From NCBI GenBank assembly GCA_038087875.1, contig CM075995.1, positions 3,970,001-4,034,000 on the forward strand: DNA of 64,000 bases, read 5' to 3'. Source of the stretch: Malacoraja senta. Taxonomy: Eukaryota. The notes beneath the pieces are model-generated. The model made no database searches. It saw nothing but the letters and a program-made list of their open reading frames with translations, and had not been told where the DNA came from. The number at the start of each line of letters is the position of its first letter. Positions within the stretch are counted from its first letter, which is position 1. The position numbers and the translations under genes were made by a program. Positions 1 through 11,280 of this stretch are shown here, piece after piece.

Positions 1-283
1 GGTTTGAGATACAGCACAGAAACAGGCCCTTTGACCCACCGGGTCCACACTGTCCAGCAATCCCTGCATATTAACACTATCCTACACACTCTGGGATAAT
101 TTACACTTATCCCAAGCCAATTAACCTACAAACCTGTACGTCTTTGGAGAGGGGGAGGAAACCGAAAATCTCAGAGAAAACCCACATGGTCACGGGGAGA
201 ACGTACAAACTTTGTACAGACAGCACCCATAGTCGGGATCGAACCCAGGTCTCTGGCACTACCGCTGCGCCATCGTGCCACCC
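1..283 (-). mobile_element. tRNA-headed V-SINE (HE1-like)
   Basis: Minus strand has A-box-like GGCGCAGCGGTAG, B-box GGTTCGATCCC, V-domain-like GTTTGTACGTTCTCCCCGTGACC...GGTTTCCTCCC and tail AGGGCCTGTTTC...TGTATCTC. Similar copies recur throughout the window. Confidence 0.85.
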
Positions 284-861
284 AGTGTAAGGCCCATCCT
301 GTTGTGTGCTACAGAGAACCAATTATCAATGATTCAATCCATCTGCCTCGAACAGAGACCCAAGTGTTCTCTTCCCCCACGGCCGAATGATCCCTTCGAC
401 CTGTATCCAACACTGTTTTGTTCTGTTTCTGTGGAGCAGGGTTGCAGTATTTCAGATGCAAATCGTGCCCCACAATAATCAACATGCTGGGGATTAATGC
501 ACCTAGTTCCAGTTTCCACTTCAAGTAATAAGATGGTCTTAAATATCCTTAAAATTAAAATTAAAGGGCACAGGTTTAAGGTGAGAGGGAGGAAAACTCA
601 CCTAACCTGTTCAATAGATATGGATAATTATTCTTATGTTCACCTCCTCATTGTTATGTATATGGTTCCTAGCCAAAGCTTTCCAATAACTTTCCCCCAT
701 TTTACACAACTTCTTAAATGTTAGCTGCACTTTAGTAAATCGTGTTGCCTGAATTTTCATCCGTAAGTCCACACACACCAACCCATCCATAATGCCCAAA
801 TCTAAATATGTCTGCAAGTTGCACCCCTTTAATTATATGCACAGCCTGACCATACTTTCTT

Positions 862-1220
862 AAGTTCATAAGTGATAGGAGCAGAGTTGGGCCATCCGGC
901 CCATCAAGTCTACTCCACCATTCAATCACAGCTGATCTATCTTTCCGTCTCAACCCCATTCTCCTGCCTTCTCCTCATAACCCATGACACCCGTACTGAT
1001 CAAGAATCTATCAATCTCTGCCTTAAAAATATCTATTAACTTGGCCTCCACTGCCTTCTGTGGCTATAATTCCACAGTTTCACTATCCTTTGACTAAAGA
1101 AATTCCTCCTCATCTTTCTAAAGGTATGTTGTTTTATTCTGAGGCTACAACCTCTGGTCCTAGACTCTCCCACTAGTGGAAACATCCTCTCCACACCCAC
1201 TGCATCCAGTCCTTTCACTT
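862..1220 (-). mobile_element. CR1-type LINE 3' fragment
   Basis: ORF 1036-1218 (MFPLVGESRTRGCSLRIK...RRNFFSQRIVKLWN) matches the CR1 ORF2 C-terminus. It is followed by the 3' UTR seen in other copies. Confidence 0.8.
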
Positions 1221-1351
1221 TCTCCTGCTATTTCTCCTCTGATTTCTGCTTGCACACGCTGACCTCTGGAAAATCTCCGATGCTGTTGCGTTGAACCAAG
1301 CCTCTCACATCATCCTACCATCGAGGAAACTGATGGATTCACCAAGTTCTC

Positions 1352-1605
1352 GTGAGGTGGGAGTGGGCAACCAATGGAGGACCTGGGAGGAGGGACCGCC
1401 GTGAGGGGGGTGGGGTGGGAGAGAACAAAGGAGGACCCGGCCTGGGGGAAGCGCTGTGAGGGGGGTGGAGACAAAGGAGGACCAAAGAACAAAGGTGGTA
1501 AACATTGTAACTTTGTCGCTGTCCTTTATGTAGTGACTCTTTGCATACCTTGGGTAAAAATATCACTGTGACTCGTCACATGTGACAATAAAGTATCATT
1601 CATTC
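1352..1605 (+). mobile_element. Purine-rich non-coding retroposon fragment with Rex1/Babar-like 3' tail
   Basis: Ends CACTGTGACTCGTCACATGTGACAATAAA plus (TCAT)n, the same tail architecture as other LINE 3' ends here. Confidence 0.45.
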
Positions 1606-2033
1606 GTCTCTCATGTCTCTAGTTCTACCACCAGTGGTAATATTACCTTCTTAAACATTGCTGTATTTCCCCATTCTGTGTACACCCCTGTGATCTTTGC
1701 AGTGTTGTTCTTCGTAAAGAATATTTTCACTTGATTCCCCCGATTTTCCTGTCGTAGCCTGTATCACTGCTTTGCCATTGTCACTGCTCCACTTGATGCA
1801 TCCCTATTTCTCACACAATGGATGAGTGTCCTGTTAATCTCTCGAGTAGCAAAATCCCAAACGCAATGTTCAAGTAGTATCCTTGCCTTTCTTTTCATTG
1901 ATGCGTGATTAGACGGAAGAGGGTTACAAATAAAACATACTTTAATGATGGCGACACCTCTCGACTAAACTGCAGTGTCTGATAGAAGAATGTATTGAGG
2001 TCAAAGCACATGACACGCCAGTTTTTAAAGTTA

Positions 2034-2350
2034 ACTGGCTGTCCCACTATACGAGCTAATTCAAGAGCTCTCCCGAGTTTAAAAAAAAATCAAACTCGTG
2101 GTAAGCATGTAGAATGTACGTAGCGGGTACGTCGGAGCTCGAGACGTCTCTTAGCGGCTCGTAACACTCACGGCAGGTACTCGGGAAACGCGGTAAGCTC
2201 GTGAAGACTCATGAAGATTTTTCAACATGTTGAAAAATGTCCACGAGAGCCCCGAGTACCTACGAGCGGCTATTACCGTAATTCTCTGAGTTCGAATCAG
2301 GGTAAACTCGGGAGAACTCTTGAATTAGCTTGTACAGTGGGACAGCCCCT
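2034..2350. mobile_element. PIF/Harbinger-type MITE
   Basis: ~45-bp TIRs (GGCTGTCCCACTATACGAGCTAATTCAAGAG... / ...CTCTTGAATTAGCTTGTACAGTGGGACAGCC) with TTA duplicated at 2031-2033 and 2351-2353. Confidence 0.88.
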
Positions 2351-3890
2351 TTATGCTAATTGTATATCACCTACAGCACCCAGATAAATCACAGACGATG
2401 CAGCCATCTTTCAATTTTCTATTCAGTCCAACCAGGCTATGGCTGGGTCCCCATGATGTTATCCAGACACCCTAAGGAGATGGTGGAAGCAGTTAGCTTT
2501 GTGAATTAGGCTGTTTTCTCTCTGAAAATAACTCCTTGGGACTTTAGATAGACACAAAATGCTGGAGTAACTCAGCAGGACAGGCAGCATCGCTGGAGAG
2601 GATTAGATGACATTTTGGGTCGAGACCCTTCAGACTTTGGGGCATCAGTCCTTGGGACTTTAGTTTAGTTTAGTTTACTATCAAATGTACCGAGGTACAG
2701 TGAAGAGTTTTCGGTGGGTGCAGTCCAGTCAGTGGAAAGACTGTACACGATTTCAATCGAGCCGCCCACAGTGTACAGATACATGATAAAGGGAATAATG
2801 TTTAGTGCAAGATAAAGCCAGTAAAGTCCGATTAAAGAAAGTCCGAGGGTCTCCAATGAGGTAGATGGTAGCTCAGGACTACCATAGTTGTCGATGGGAT
2901 GGTTCAGTTGCCTGATGACTCAGGTTATTGACTTCTTCTCACTCTGCCCCCAACCTTACACTTTTCCCTTGTGTTTGCTTCAAGCAGGCTGGTTGCTTCA
3001 ACCACCCCATGTGCCAAACAGTTCCATATCCTCATTAATCTGAGTACAGCACGAGAAAGCAAAATTAACAGCCTTAAACTTTGGTGAGCATGTTTGCAAA
3101 CAAATGCCAATACTATGCATGAACGCACCAATTGTCCTCAATGGCGTCTCAACAGTGAAGACTGGATAGATTTCTGGCTTCTCTGTTGCTCCCTGATCCC
3201 ATCAGGGGATGAGATAACTCGAATACTTTTTTCATGAGTAAATGAAACTCCAAGTCTAAGAGTTTAATTAATTTCTTGTCCGTGTTGAGCTTACTGTCAG
3301 GCCTTTGCTTCTCTTTTAATTACACTGTATTGCCCAATAGTCTTATAGTTTGCCGGGATTAACCCACATGGAAAGGTTTGAAGAGTGCTTTCATTGTTAA
3401 TGAGAAGGTAACTTGCCAATTACATGCACTCTGCAGCCTTCGTGAGACCTTAATCAAACAAAATCCAAACTGCACGCAGCATTTCGAGGGCTCTTTGGCA
3501 AGGCTGTGTGCAGTTTACTAATTCAGCTATTCACACTTTGATTGTACAGCTTCTGATCATCTGTTCAAAGGCAGCTGCTCCATAGAAACACAAATAAGAA
3601 CTTTACTATTCACCAGCTGTCCCGTCTCACACTTGTTTTGTGCTGGGCGAGAATTCAGGTCAGGCGCAGCTTTCGAGACAAGGGAAACAACAACACGGAA
3701 GAGAGACGGAGAGGTTTTTTGTTTTGCTGTCGAGTTGCAGTATGATAGGAACTTAACGTGGAAAGCAAATTCCAAACACGGAATACCGACCCAGCCAGAA
3801 CTCACAGTAGGAAAAGGGGTGCAAAACCTCATGTTTGAGCATCTGCTTGCCGGAAACTTTTAGAGTTAGAGCAAAAACAAAGCCAGGCCA

Positions 3891-4373
3891 GTTTAGTTTA
3901 GTTTGGAGACACAAAGTTTGGAGAAACAGGCTCTTCAGCCCACCGAGTCCGCACCGACCAGCGATCCCTGCACACTAGCATATCTAAAACTCACTAGGGA
4001 CAATTTGCAATTTAGTTTAGAGATACAGCATGGAAACAGGTCCTTTGGCCCACCGAGTCCTCACAGACCAGCGAACCCCATACAATAGCACTATCCAACA
4101 CACACTAGGGACAATTTACAACTTAGTTTAGAGATACAGCATGGAATCAGGCCCTTTGGCCCACCGAGTCTGCACCAACCAGCGAACCCCGTACACTAGT
4201 ACTATCCTACACACACTAGAAGCCAATTAACCTACAAGCCTGTACGTCTTTGGAGTGTGGGAGGAAACCTACGCAGATTACAGGGAGAACGTACAAATTC
4301 TGTACAGACACCACCCGTGGTCAGAATCGAGCCCGGGTCTCTGGCGCTGTAAGGCAGCAACTCTGCCGCTGCA
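3891..4373 (-). mobile_element. V-SINE with two extra tandem 3'-tail copies
   Basis: Three consecutive TTTAGAGA(T/C)ACA...CCCACCGAGTC...GGGACAATTT blocks, then body and head (4230-4373). Confidence 0.8.
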
Positions 4374-4767
4374 CCAAAATAAGTATGTGAACAGGAAAAA
4401 ATATATAACTGAAATAATAAAGAACTGGGAGTTGAATTAAGTTGGAAACTGCAGTAAGACAGAACGGGAAACCTAGGAGCATTTGAGTTTGATCGAGTGC
4501 TCTTCCATTTCCACCACACTCACTGAGAGTACCCAGTTGGAATCACCAAGGCACTCTTCATTGGACCTGACCGGCTTCATCACCAGAAATTAATTTTCTA
4601 TTGTATTTCCACACAATTAAAGCCCAACCCTATCACCTCACAATGGTGATGGTGGATCTGCATGTAAGCTCCAATCATCCCCTGTGGGGAGTGTGTCCTC
4701 TTGACATTCTTCAATAGAAATTCCAAGGTTTTATTGTTAAAGATAGACCAATGTTTGTTAAAAACAC

Positions 4768-4970
4768 AGGTCGACAAAAGTGCTGGAGAAACTCAGCGGG
4801 TGCAGCAGCATCTATGGAGCGAAGGAAATAGGCAACGTTTCGGGCCGAAACCCTTCTTCAGACTGATGGGGGGTGGGGGGGGGGGGAGGGGAGAAGAAAG
4901 GAGAAAGGAAGAGGAGGTGCCCGAGGGCTGAGGGAGAGCTGAGAAGGGGAGGACAGCAAGGGCTACTGGA
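4768..4970 (-). mobile_element. Penelope-like element terminal repeat with hammerhead motif
   Basis: Near-identical to the end of the GIY-YIG element at 22138-22380. Minus-strand CTGAAGAAGGGTTTCGGCCCGAAACGTT at 4834-4861. Confidence 0.8.
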
Positions 4971-5524
4971 AATTAAAATCACATTGAGGTGGGCTGCGAT
5001 GCAGGGAATTCCCATGGTCAATGAGCAGAAAGACCTGGCCACATGTGCTGTATCTGTTCTTTATCCTTTAAAAGCCAGAACCAAAGATTTTTTGGGACCT
5101 TAAATGTAGAGTGGACATTTCTCTTTAATCTGAGGTCTCCACCCAATCTTACCGCTTTAAAGTATGAGTAGCACCAAATTTAAAAAGTTCAAGCTGGTTC
5201 AGAACTCATCATTTATCATTTTAAGGTGCATTTTGTTTCTCAACAAGGGTTTAACGCAAGGGACTTCGTATTTGCGGAGTGGCCAGGGTGCAACTCATCC
5301 TTGATTATGTTGCCGGCCTTGCCGAGGCAGCATGAGGTGTAAATGGAGTCAATGGAATGGCGGTTGGTTTGTGTGATGGTCTGGGCTGCCTTCACAATTC
5401 TCTGCGGTTTCTTACGGTCTTGGATGGAGCTGTTCCCAAACCAAGCTGCAATGCATCATTTAGAGAACACAAAGGCACAACAGTTCGTGCTGTTGCTTTA
5501 CAGGGCTACAGGAAGATACTGATT

Positions 5525-5770
5525 GTGCAGGAAGGAACTGCAGATGCTGGTTTACACTAAAGATAGACACAAAGTGCTGGAGTAACCTTGTCGGTCAGGC
5601 AGCATCTCTGATGAAAAGGAATAGGTAACGTTTCGGCTCAAGACCCTTCTTCTAACTCTTCTACTCGACCTGAAAAGTCACCTATCCATGCTCTCCAGAC
5701 ATCCTGCGTGATCAGCTAAGTTACCCCAGAACGTTGTGTCTTGTTTTGTAATCCAGCATCTGCAGTTTGT
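5525..5770. mobile_element. Fold-back Penelope-derived miniature element
   Basis: Two inverted copies of the Penelope terminal sequence (AACTGCAGATGCTGG...CCAGCATCTGCAGTT). Confidence 0.65.
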
Positions 5771-5963
5771 TGTAGTCTAGATTTCCACAGGTTTGTAATT
5801 TGGTTAGAGATTATTGTGAAGTGACTTTCTTCTTACTGGAGAACGTCACCTATCCATGTTCTCCAGAGATGCTGCCTGACCCATTGAGTTACTCAAGCAC
5901 TATGTGTCCTTTCAGAGGGCAATCGACCTCAGCTTGATGCAAAGGAAAAGATCACTCACACTT

Positions 5964-6160
5964 AAGATAGACACAAAGTGCTGGAGTACCTCAGCGGGTC
6001 AGACAGCATCCCTGGAGAAAAAGGATGGGTGACGTTTCGGGTCGGGACGCTTTTTCAGACCCATACCTTTTCTCCAGAGATGCTGCCTGACCCGCTGAGT
6101 TAGTCCAGCACTTTGTGTCTATCTTTGCTATATACCAGCATCTGCAGTTCCTTTCTACAG
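5964..6160. mobile_element. Fold-back Penelope-derived miniature element
   Basis: AGATAGACACAAAGTGCTGGA... and ...TCCAGCACTTTGTGTCTATCT arms surround a degenerate hammerhead core. Confidence 0.7.
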
Positions 6161-6576
6161 ATTTCAGATTCCTCAGCAAAATTGGTATTCGGCTCGAGAA
6201 AACAATGAGGTCATTCAAACCATTATACAGATGATCAAACCAATAGGCTTCCCCCGAATGATCCACGTGGGGCTGGTCATTCTGTGGTCTGCACCTACCT
6301 GGATGATTTCAGCCACATCAGCCTTTCTGGTCTTGGACCTAGTGAACATCATCCAGTGCTCCTTCCCAATGCGGAACTGTTCTCACCGCTTTTTCACTGT
6401 GGACGAGACAGCTCGGGTAAGCAAATTGTGGAATAGAGTCACATAGCACAGAAACAGGCCCTTCGGCCGAACTAAGCTGGTCCCATTAAACCACGCTAGG
6501 CCCATATTCCCAAAACCTTTTCTATCCACGTTCCTGTCCAAGTGTCTTTTAAATGTCATGATAGTACCAGGCCTCA

Positions 6577-6895
6577 GTGGAGTCACTGTGGCGCAGCGGT
6601 AGAGTTGCTGCCTTACAGCGAATGCAGTGCCGGAGATCCGGGTTCGATCCCGATTACTGGTGCTGTCTGTACGGAGTTTGTGCGTCCTCCCCGTGGCCAC
6701 ATGGATTTTCTCCGAGATCTTCGGTGTCCTCCCACATTCCAAGATGTACAGATTTTGTAGGTTAATTATCTTGGTAAAAGTAAAAATTGGCCCTAGTGGG
6801 TGTAGGATAGTGTTAATGTGCGGGGATCGCTGGTCGGCGCGGACCCGGTAGGCCGAAGGCCCTGTTTCCGCGTTGTATCTATAAACTAAAACTAA
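6577..6895 (+). mobile_element. Full-length V-SINE inserted into a CR1 3' fragment
   Basis: A/B-box head, V-like body and CTAAA tail. GCCTCA is repeated at 6571-6576 and 6896-6901. The CR1 3' sequence (minus, ~6437-7045) continues on both sides. Confidence 0.85.
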
Positions 6896-7329
6896 GCCTC
6901 AACTACCTCCTCTGGCAGCTTGTTCCATATTCCCACCACCCTCGGAGTGAAAAGGTTACCCCTCAGGTTGCTATTAAATCTTGCCCCTATCACTTTAAAC
7001 CTACGTCCTCTCATTTTTTTTATTCACCTACGCTGAGTAAAAGACAGGAGCTCTTTTCATAACCTGATGATACGATGGACTACTTTATAGCCACTGAAAT
7101 AATTTGAAGTTTAGATATCATTGTTATGCAGTAAACACAATAGCAACATAAACACCTCAAGCTACCAGAAACAGAAATTAGGTGGTGACCAGATTATTCT
7201 TTTGAAATGCAGGTTGAAGCTTAAACATTGTCCAGGACTTTCTTACTCTCAAACAGTGCCACGTGATCCTTGGAGGATTGACCAAGCTATCTGGATAAAG
7301 AGGGCGCAGCTTATAAAGTCATAATCATC

Positions 7330-8193
7330 GGGGGGCGCCGTTGAGTATGGCTGCCCTGCCAGCAGCTGTTAGTCTTTTCAACCTTTTAAAAAAAAAATTA
7401 GTTAGTTAAAAGTGTTTTGTTTGGAGATCTTTTAGTCTTTTTATGTGGGGGGGGAAGGGGGAAACTATTTTCTCAGTCCCTACCTGGTCGGAGATGCGGT
7501 TTTTCTCCGAGCCGGATCTTCGCCCCTTCCTCGCGGCCTACGGGCAGACTGGAGCGGCGTTTTCCTGCCGGGACCGGCCAGGACTTCAGCTTCGGCAGCG
7601 GCACAGCACTGAAGCGCCATCACGGAGCGAGCGATGCCTAACCCGGGTCGCCGTGCAGCAAGCTCCGGAGTGCTGTGACCGCCGGCACCAACATCGCGGA
7701 GCTGCGATCTGCGGTCTGCGGTCTGCGGTCTGCGGAGCTTCCAGCCGCGGGCGGCGCTGAACCTTGAACACCGCGGAGCCTGGGATCTCACGACGAGGTC
7801 GCCAGAGTCGGAGCATCGACCAGCGCGGCTCGTGGACTTTGGGAGCCGCGGTCTACTGGGAGGAAGTGGCCGCTCCAGACACTCCGGGCCGCGGAGAGTG
7901 TTCACCCGACGCCAGAGCTCCATCATCCGGCGAGAGGGCCTGAGGCATCGGGCTGCCGTAGCGGAGACTGCAGAGGCCTCAATAGGCCCCGACTATGGGT
8001 GAACTGGGGATGGGACTGGACTTTGCTGCCTTCCCCCACAGTGGGAACCATTGTGGGGGGATGTTTTTATGTTTATTGTTAAATTCTGCTAAATTCTTTA
8101 ATGTTATGTATTATCTTTATTCATGTGCTGCATTTGGCGAATTTCACTACACCAATTGGTGTATGTGACAATAAATGTCTCTAAATCTAATCT
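7330..8193 (+). mobile_element. GC-rich non-coding retroposon, copy A
   Basis: GGGGGGCGCC...ATGGCTGCC head, T-rich spacer, CpG-rich body and TGACAATAAA plus (CTAAT)n tail. Homologous to 29706-30477. Confidence 0.7.
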
Positions 8194-8472
8194 AGTCATG
8201 GAGCTATATAACATGGATACGGACCCTTTGGCCCAAATTAACTATGCCGTCCAAGGCACCTACTTGAGCTAGTCAAGTAGACAAAAATGCTGGAGAAACT
8301 CAGCGGGTGAGGCAGCATCTATGGAGGGAAGGAATAGGTGACGTTTCGGGTCGAGACCCTTCTTCGACTGATGTCGGGGGAGGCGCGAAAAAGAAAGGAA
8401 GAGGTGGAGACGGTAGGTTTGAAACTCTGGAAATAGTTTAGCCAACACTCTGTGCGAAAAACTTGCCCCACT

Positions 8473-9465
8473 GGTGTCACAGGTAGATAGTGTGGTCAAG
8501 ATGGCTTTAGGTACATTGGCCTTCATCAGTTAGGGTACTGAGTGTAGACGTTGAGATGTTATGTTACAGTTGTGCAAGACATCGGTGAGGCCACACTAGG
8601 AGTACTTTGTTCACTTTTGGTCACACTGATATAGGAAGGATGTCATTAAGCTGGAAAGAGTGGAGAGAAGATTTACGAGGATGTTGCCAGGACACTAGGG
8701 GCTGAGCTATAGAGAGAGGTTGGACAGGCTAGGAGTTTCTTCCTTGGAGCGCAGGAGGCTGAGGAGGGGGGATCTTATGGAGGGGTATAAGATCATGAAA
8801 GGAATAGATAGGGTGAATGCACAGTCTTTTACCCTGGGTAGTGGAATCAAAAACAAGAGATCATTCACCGATCGGGAAGAAGGTACAGGAGCCTGAAAAC
8901 TGTAACGACCAGGTTCAGGAACAGCTTCTTCCCTACAGCCATCAGGTTATTAAACACAACAGCAAATAAGCTCTGAACTGCAACAGACTATTATTATTAT
9001 TGCCCTATATTTGTTTATTTATTGAGTATGTGTGAATGTGTATATATACACACTGAACTGTGTTTTACTCCCATTGTGTAGTATGTTTACATATTCTGTT
9101 GTGCTGCAGCACGTAAGAATGTCATTGTCCTATCTGGGACATATGACAATAAAACACTCTTGACTCTTGACTTGTAGAAATAAGATGAGAGGAACAAGAT
9201 TTAATATGGACCCGAGGGTCAACTTTTTCACTCTGAGGGTGGTGGGTATATGGAACGAGCTGCCAGAGGAGGTAGTTGATGCAGATACTATAACAGCTTT
9301 TAAAAGACACTTGGAGAGTACATGGATAGTAAAGGTTTAGAGGGATAAGAGAGTACAAGGTTAAGAGGGATATGGGCCAAACATGGGCAAATGCGACTAG
9401 CTTAGATGGGGCATCTTGGTCGGCATGGATGAGTTGGGCCGAAGGGGCTATTTCCACATTTGTGG
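8473..9465 (+). mobile_element. CR1 3' fragment interrupted by a Rex1/Babar-like 3' fragment (~8862-9173)
   Basis: Degenerate RPHLEY/LERV motifs and GGGCCGAAGGG tail. The insert encodes RFRNSFFPTAIRLLN and ends TGACAATAAA...(CTTGA)n. Confidence 0.7.
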
Positions 9466-11024
9466 GACTCCATACATTTTTACTTAAAATTATAACCAAA
9501 AGCGAAGCAGTCCGGCAGTCCGCAGCAGCGCAGGGATACGAGTGCTGGTAGCAGGTGCATTCAAAGGTTTCCTGCCAAAAAGCTCATTTGCCCCCTCATT
9601 TTCTGTAAGGACTAAATATCAGTCCTTTCATCAGCCTGAAGTGCCATTGCCAGTTTGGGCTGGGCGGGTGTGGGAAGGGGGGGAGCTCTGTAATTACAAA
9701 GGCTGGTTCAATCTGTCCGCTGCCGCCACAGCAGCTGGCACTGTTGCCAGCCCGTACCCTCTGCCTCCCTTTGTTAGCCGTCAGCGTCACGAGACAAAAG
9801 TGGCATTCCCATCATCAAAGCGTTGCCCAGCGTACGAGCCTCTCGGAGCCGATTGGCGTGAAGTAGCAATTGTTCCGAGGCTTCTATTTTAAATTTCACG
9901 GTGGGCATCTGCTTGCACTTAGCTGTAGCAGCAGTGACAAAGGAAGCCCTGCAGGGAAATAGACACGATTTTCCATCCAACTCAAATATGACACATCCGG
10001 TAGTTTGTCCGCTCGGTGCAGGAGCATCTGTTTTCTCTGCTGTCCAAATATTTGACTGTGTGAAATGAATGTCACTGATTAACCCCCCCCCCCCCCCCCC
10101 CTTATTTAAAACTGCCAAGGAGATTCTTTGATTTCCCCTGGAGCAATTGGGATGATAAGGTTTTGTCAACACATCAAAGTATTTGGCATTTAAAACCTGC
10201 GGTAATTGCTTATTTTCCCCCCAATAATTCTGCTGACGTTGAGCACATTCAGTGGTCATTACAAACACACCTGCTCCCACATATGTGCCAAGTCGCAGGT
10301 TTCTTCCAGACTTCCTGGATTTGTAAGTGTCGAGTAATAAACCTAAGGATCTGGCAACCTGTGCTTCGTCCAGGAGGAACTTGCGTTTGTGTAGCGCTGT
10401 TCATGAACTCCAGTAAGTCCCAAACACCTTTGTATTCATTCATTCGTCATCGTTGAAAACATTAGTGACGCAGTGGTGCTGGTTTACGACGGACGCACCA
10501 CACATCTCTGTCCTCCAGTTCCTGCGGACTTCCGCCGCTGGAAGTATAGGATTTTGGTGTGTGTGCTTTATCATCATTCCATACAATGCTATGTACGACA
10601 GTGATCGCAACTTCTACTGAGGTCTGGATGGCCGTCGGTTCGCTAGGAGTTCATCCACCCTTTGACATGTCTTGTTTTTGGCCCTGCTGGGGGTCCACAG
10701 CCCCCTCCTCACCTGGCAAACCAGGTGGGGGTGACGGTTTAGTCGCCGACTATCCGACCATGGAGCAGGTAGCACGGGATTATATGGTACCCGTGGCAGT
10801 GAAGTAAATTTGAGGCACGGGCACCTCTTGCAGCTTTTCACTGTACCGCGGTACACTTGGCGATAAACTAGGTACAATAGACGGTTTGGATACAGTGATA
10901 ACGCAAAAATGTAATGACAACCAAACAATTTTTGTGGGCGGCACAGTGGTGCAGCGGTAGACTACTGCCTTACAGCGCCAGAGACCCGGGTGCGATCCTG
11001 ACATAGGATTGGGGATGTGCAAAG

Positions 11025-11280
11025 ATTGGGGAGAGGTTGGGGAGTCAGTCTATCCCACCACAGAAGGGGGAGGAGTTGTACAGTTTGATAGCCACAGGGA
11101 AAAAGGATCTCCTGTGGTGTTCTGTGCTGCACCTTGGTGGAACCAGTCTCAGGTTGACCAGTGTGTCATGGAGGGGGTGAGCTGTATTGTCCAGGATGCT
11201 CCGCAGTTTGAGGACCATCCACCCCTCCAAGACCATCTCCCATGAATCTAACTCCGCTCCCTGGATGGAGCCAGCAACCT
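11025..11280 (-). mobile_element. Rex1/Babar-like LINE 3' fragment
   Basis: LRSILDNTAHPLH...RRSFFPVAIKLYNSS in ORF 11045-11296. Confidence 0.7.

Noticed and set aside
6583..6655. tRNA genes at SINE heads
   Set aside because: Only A/B-box remnants fused to SINE bodies; no complete cloverleaf.
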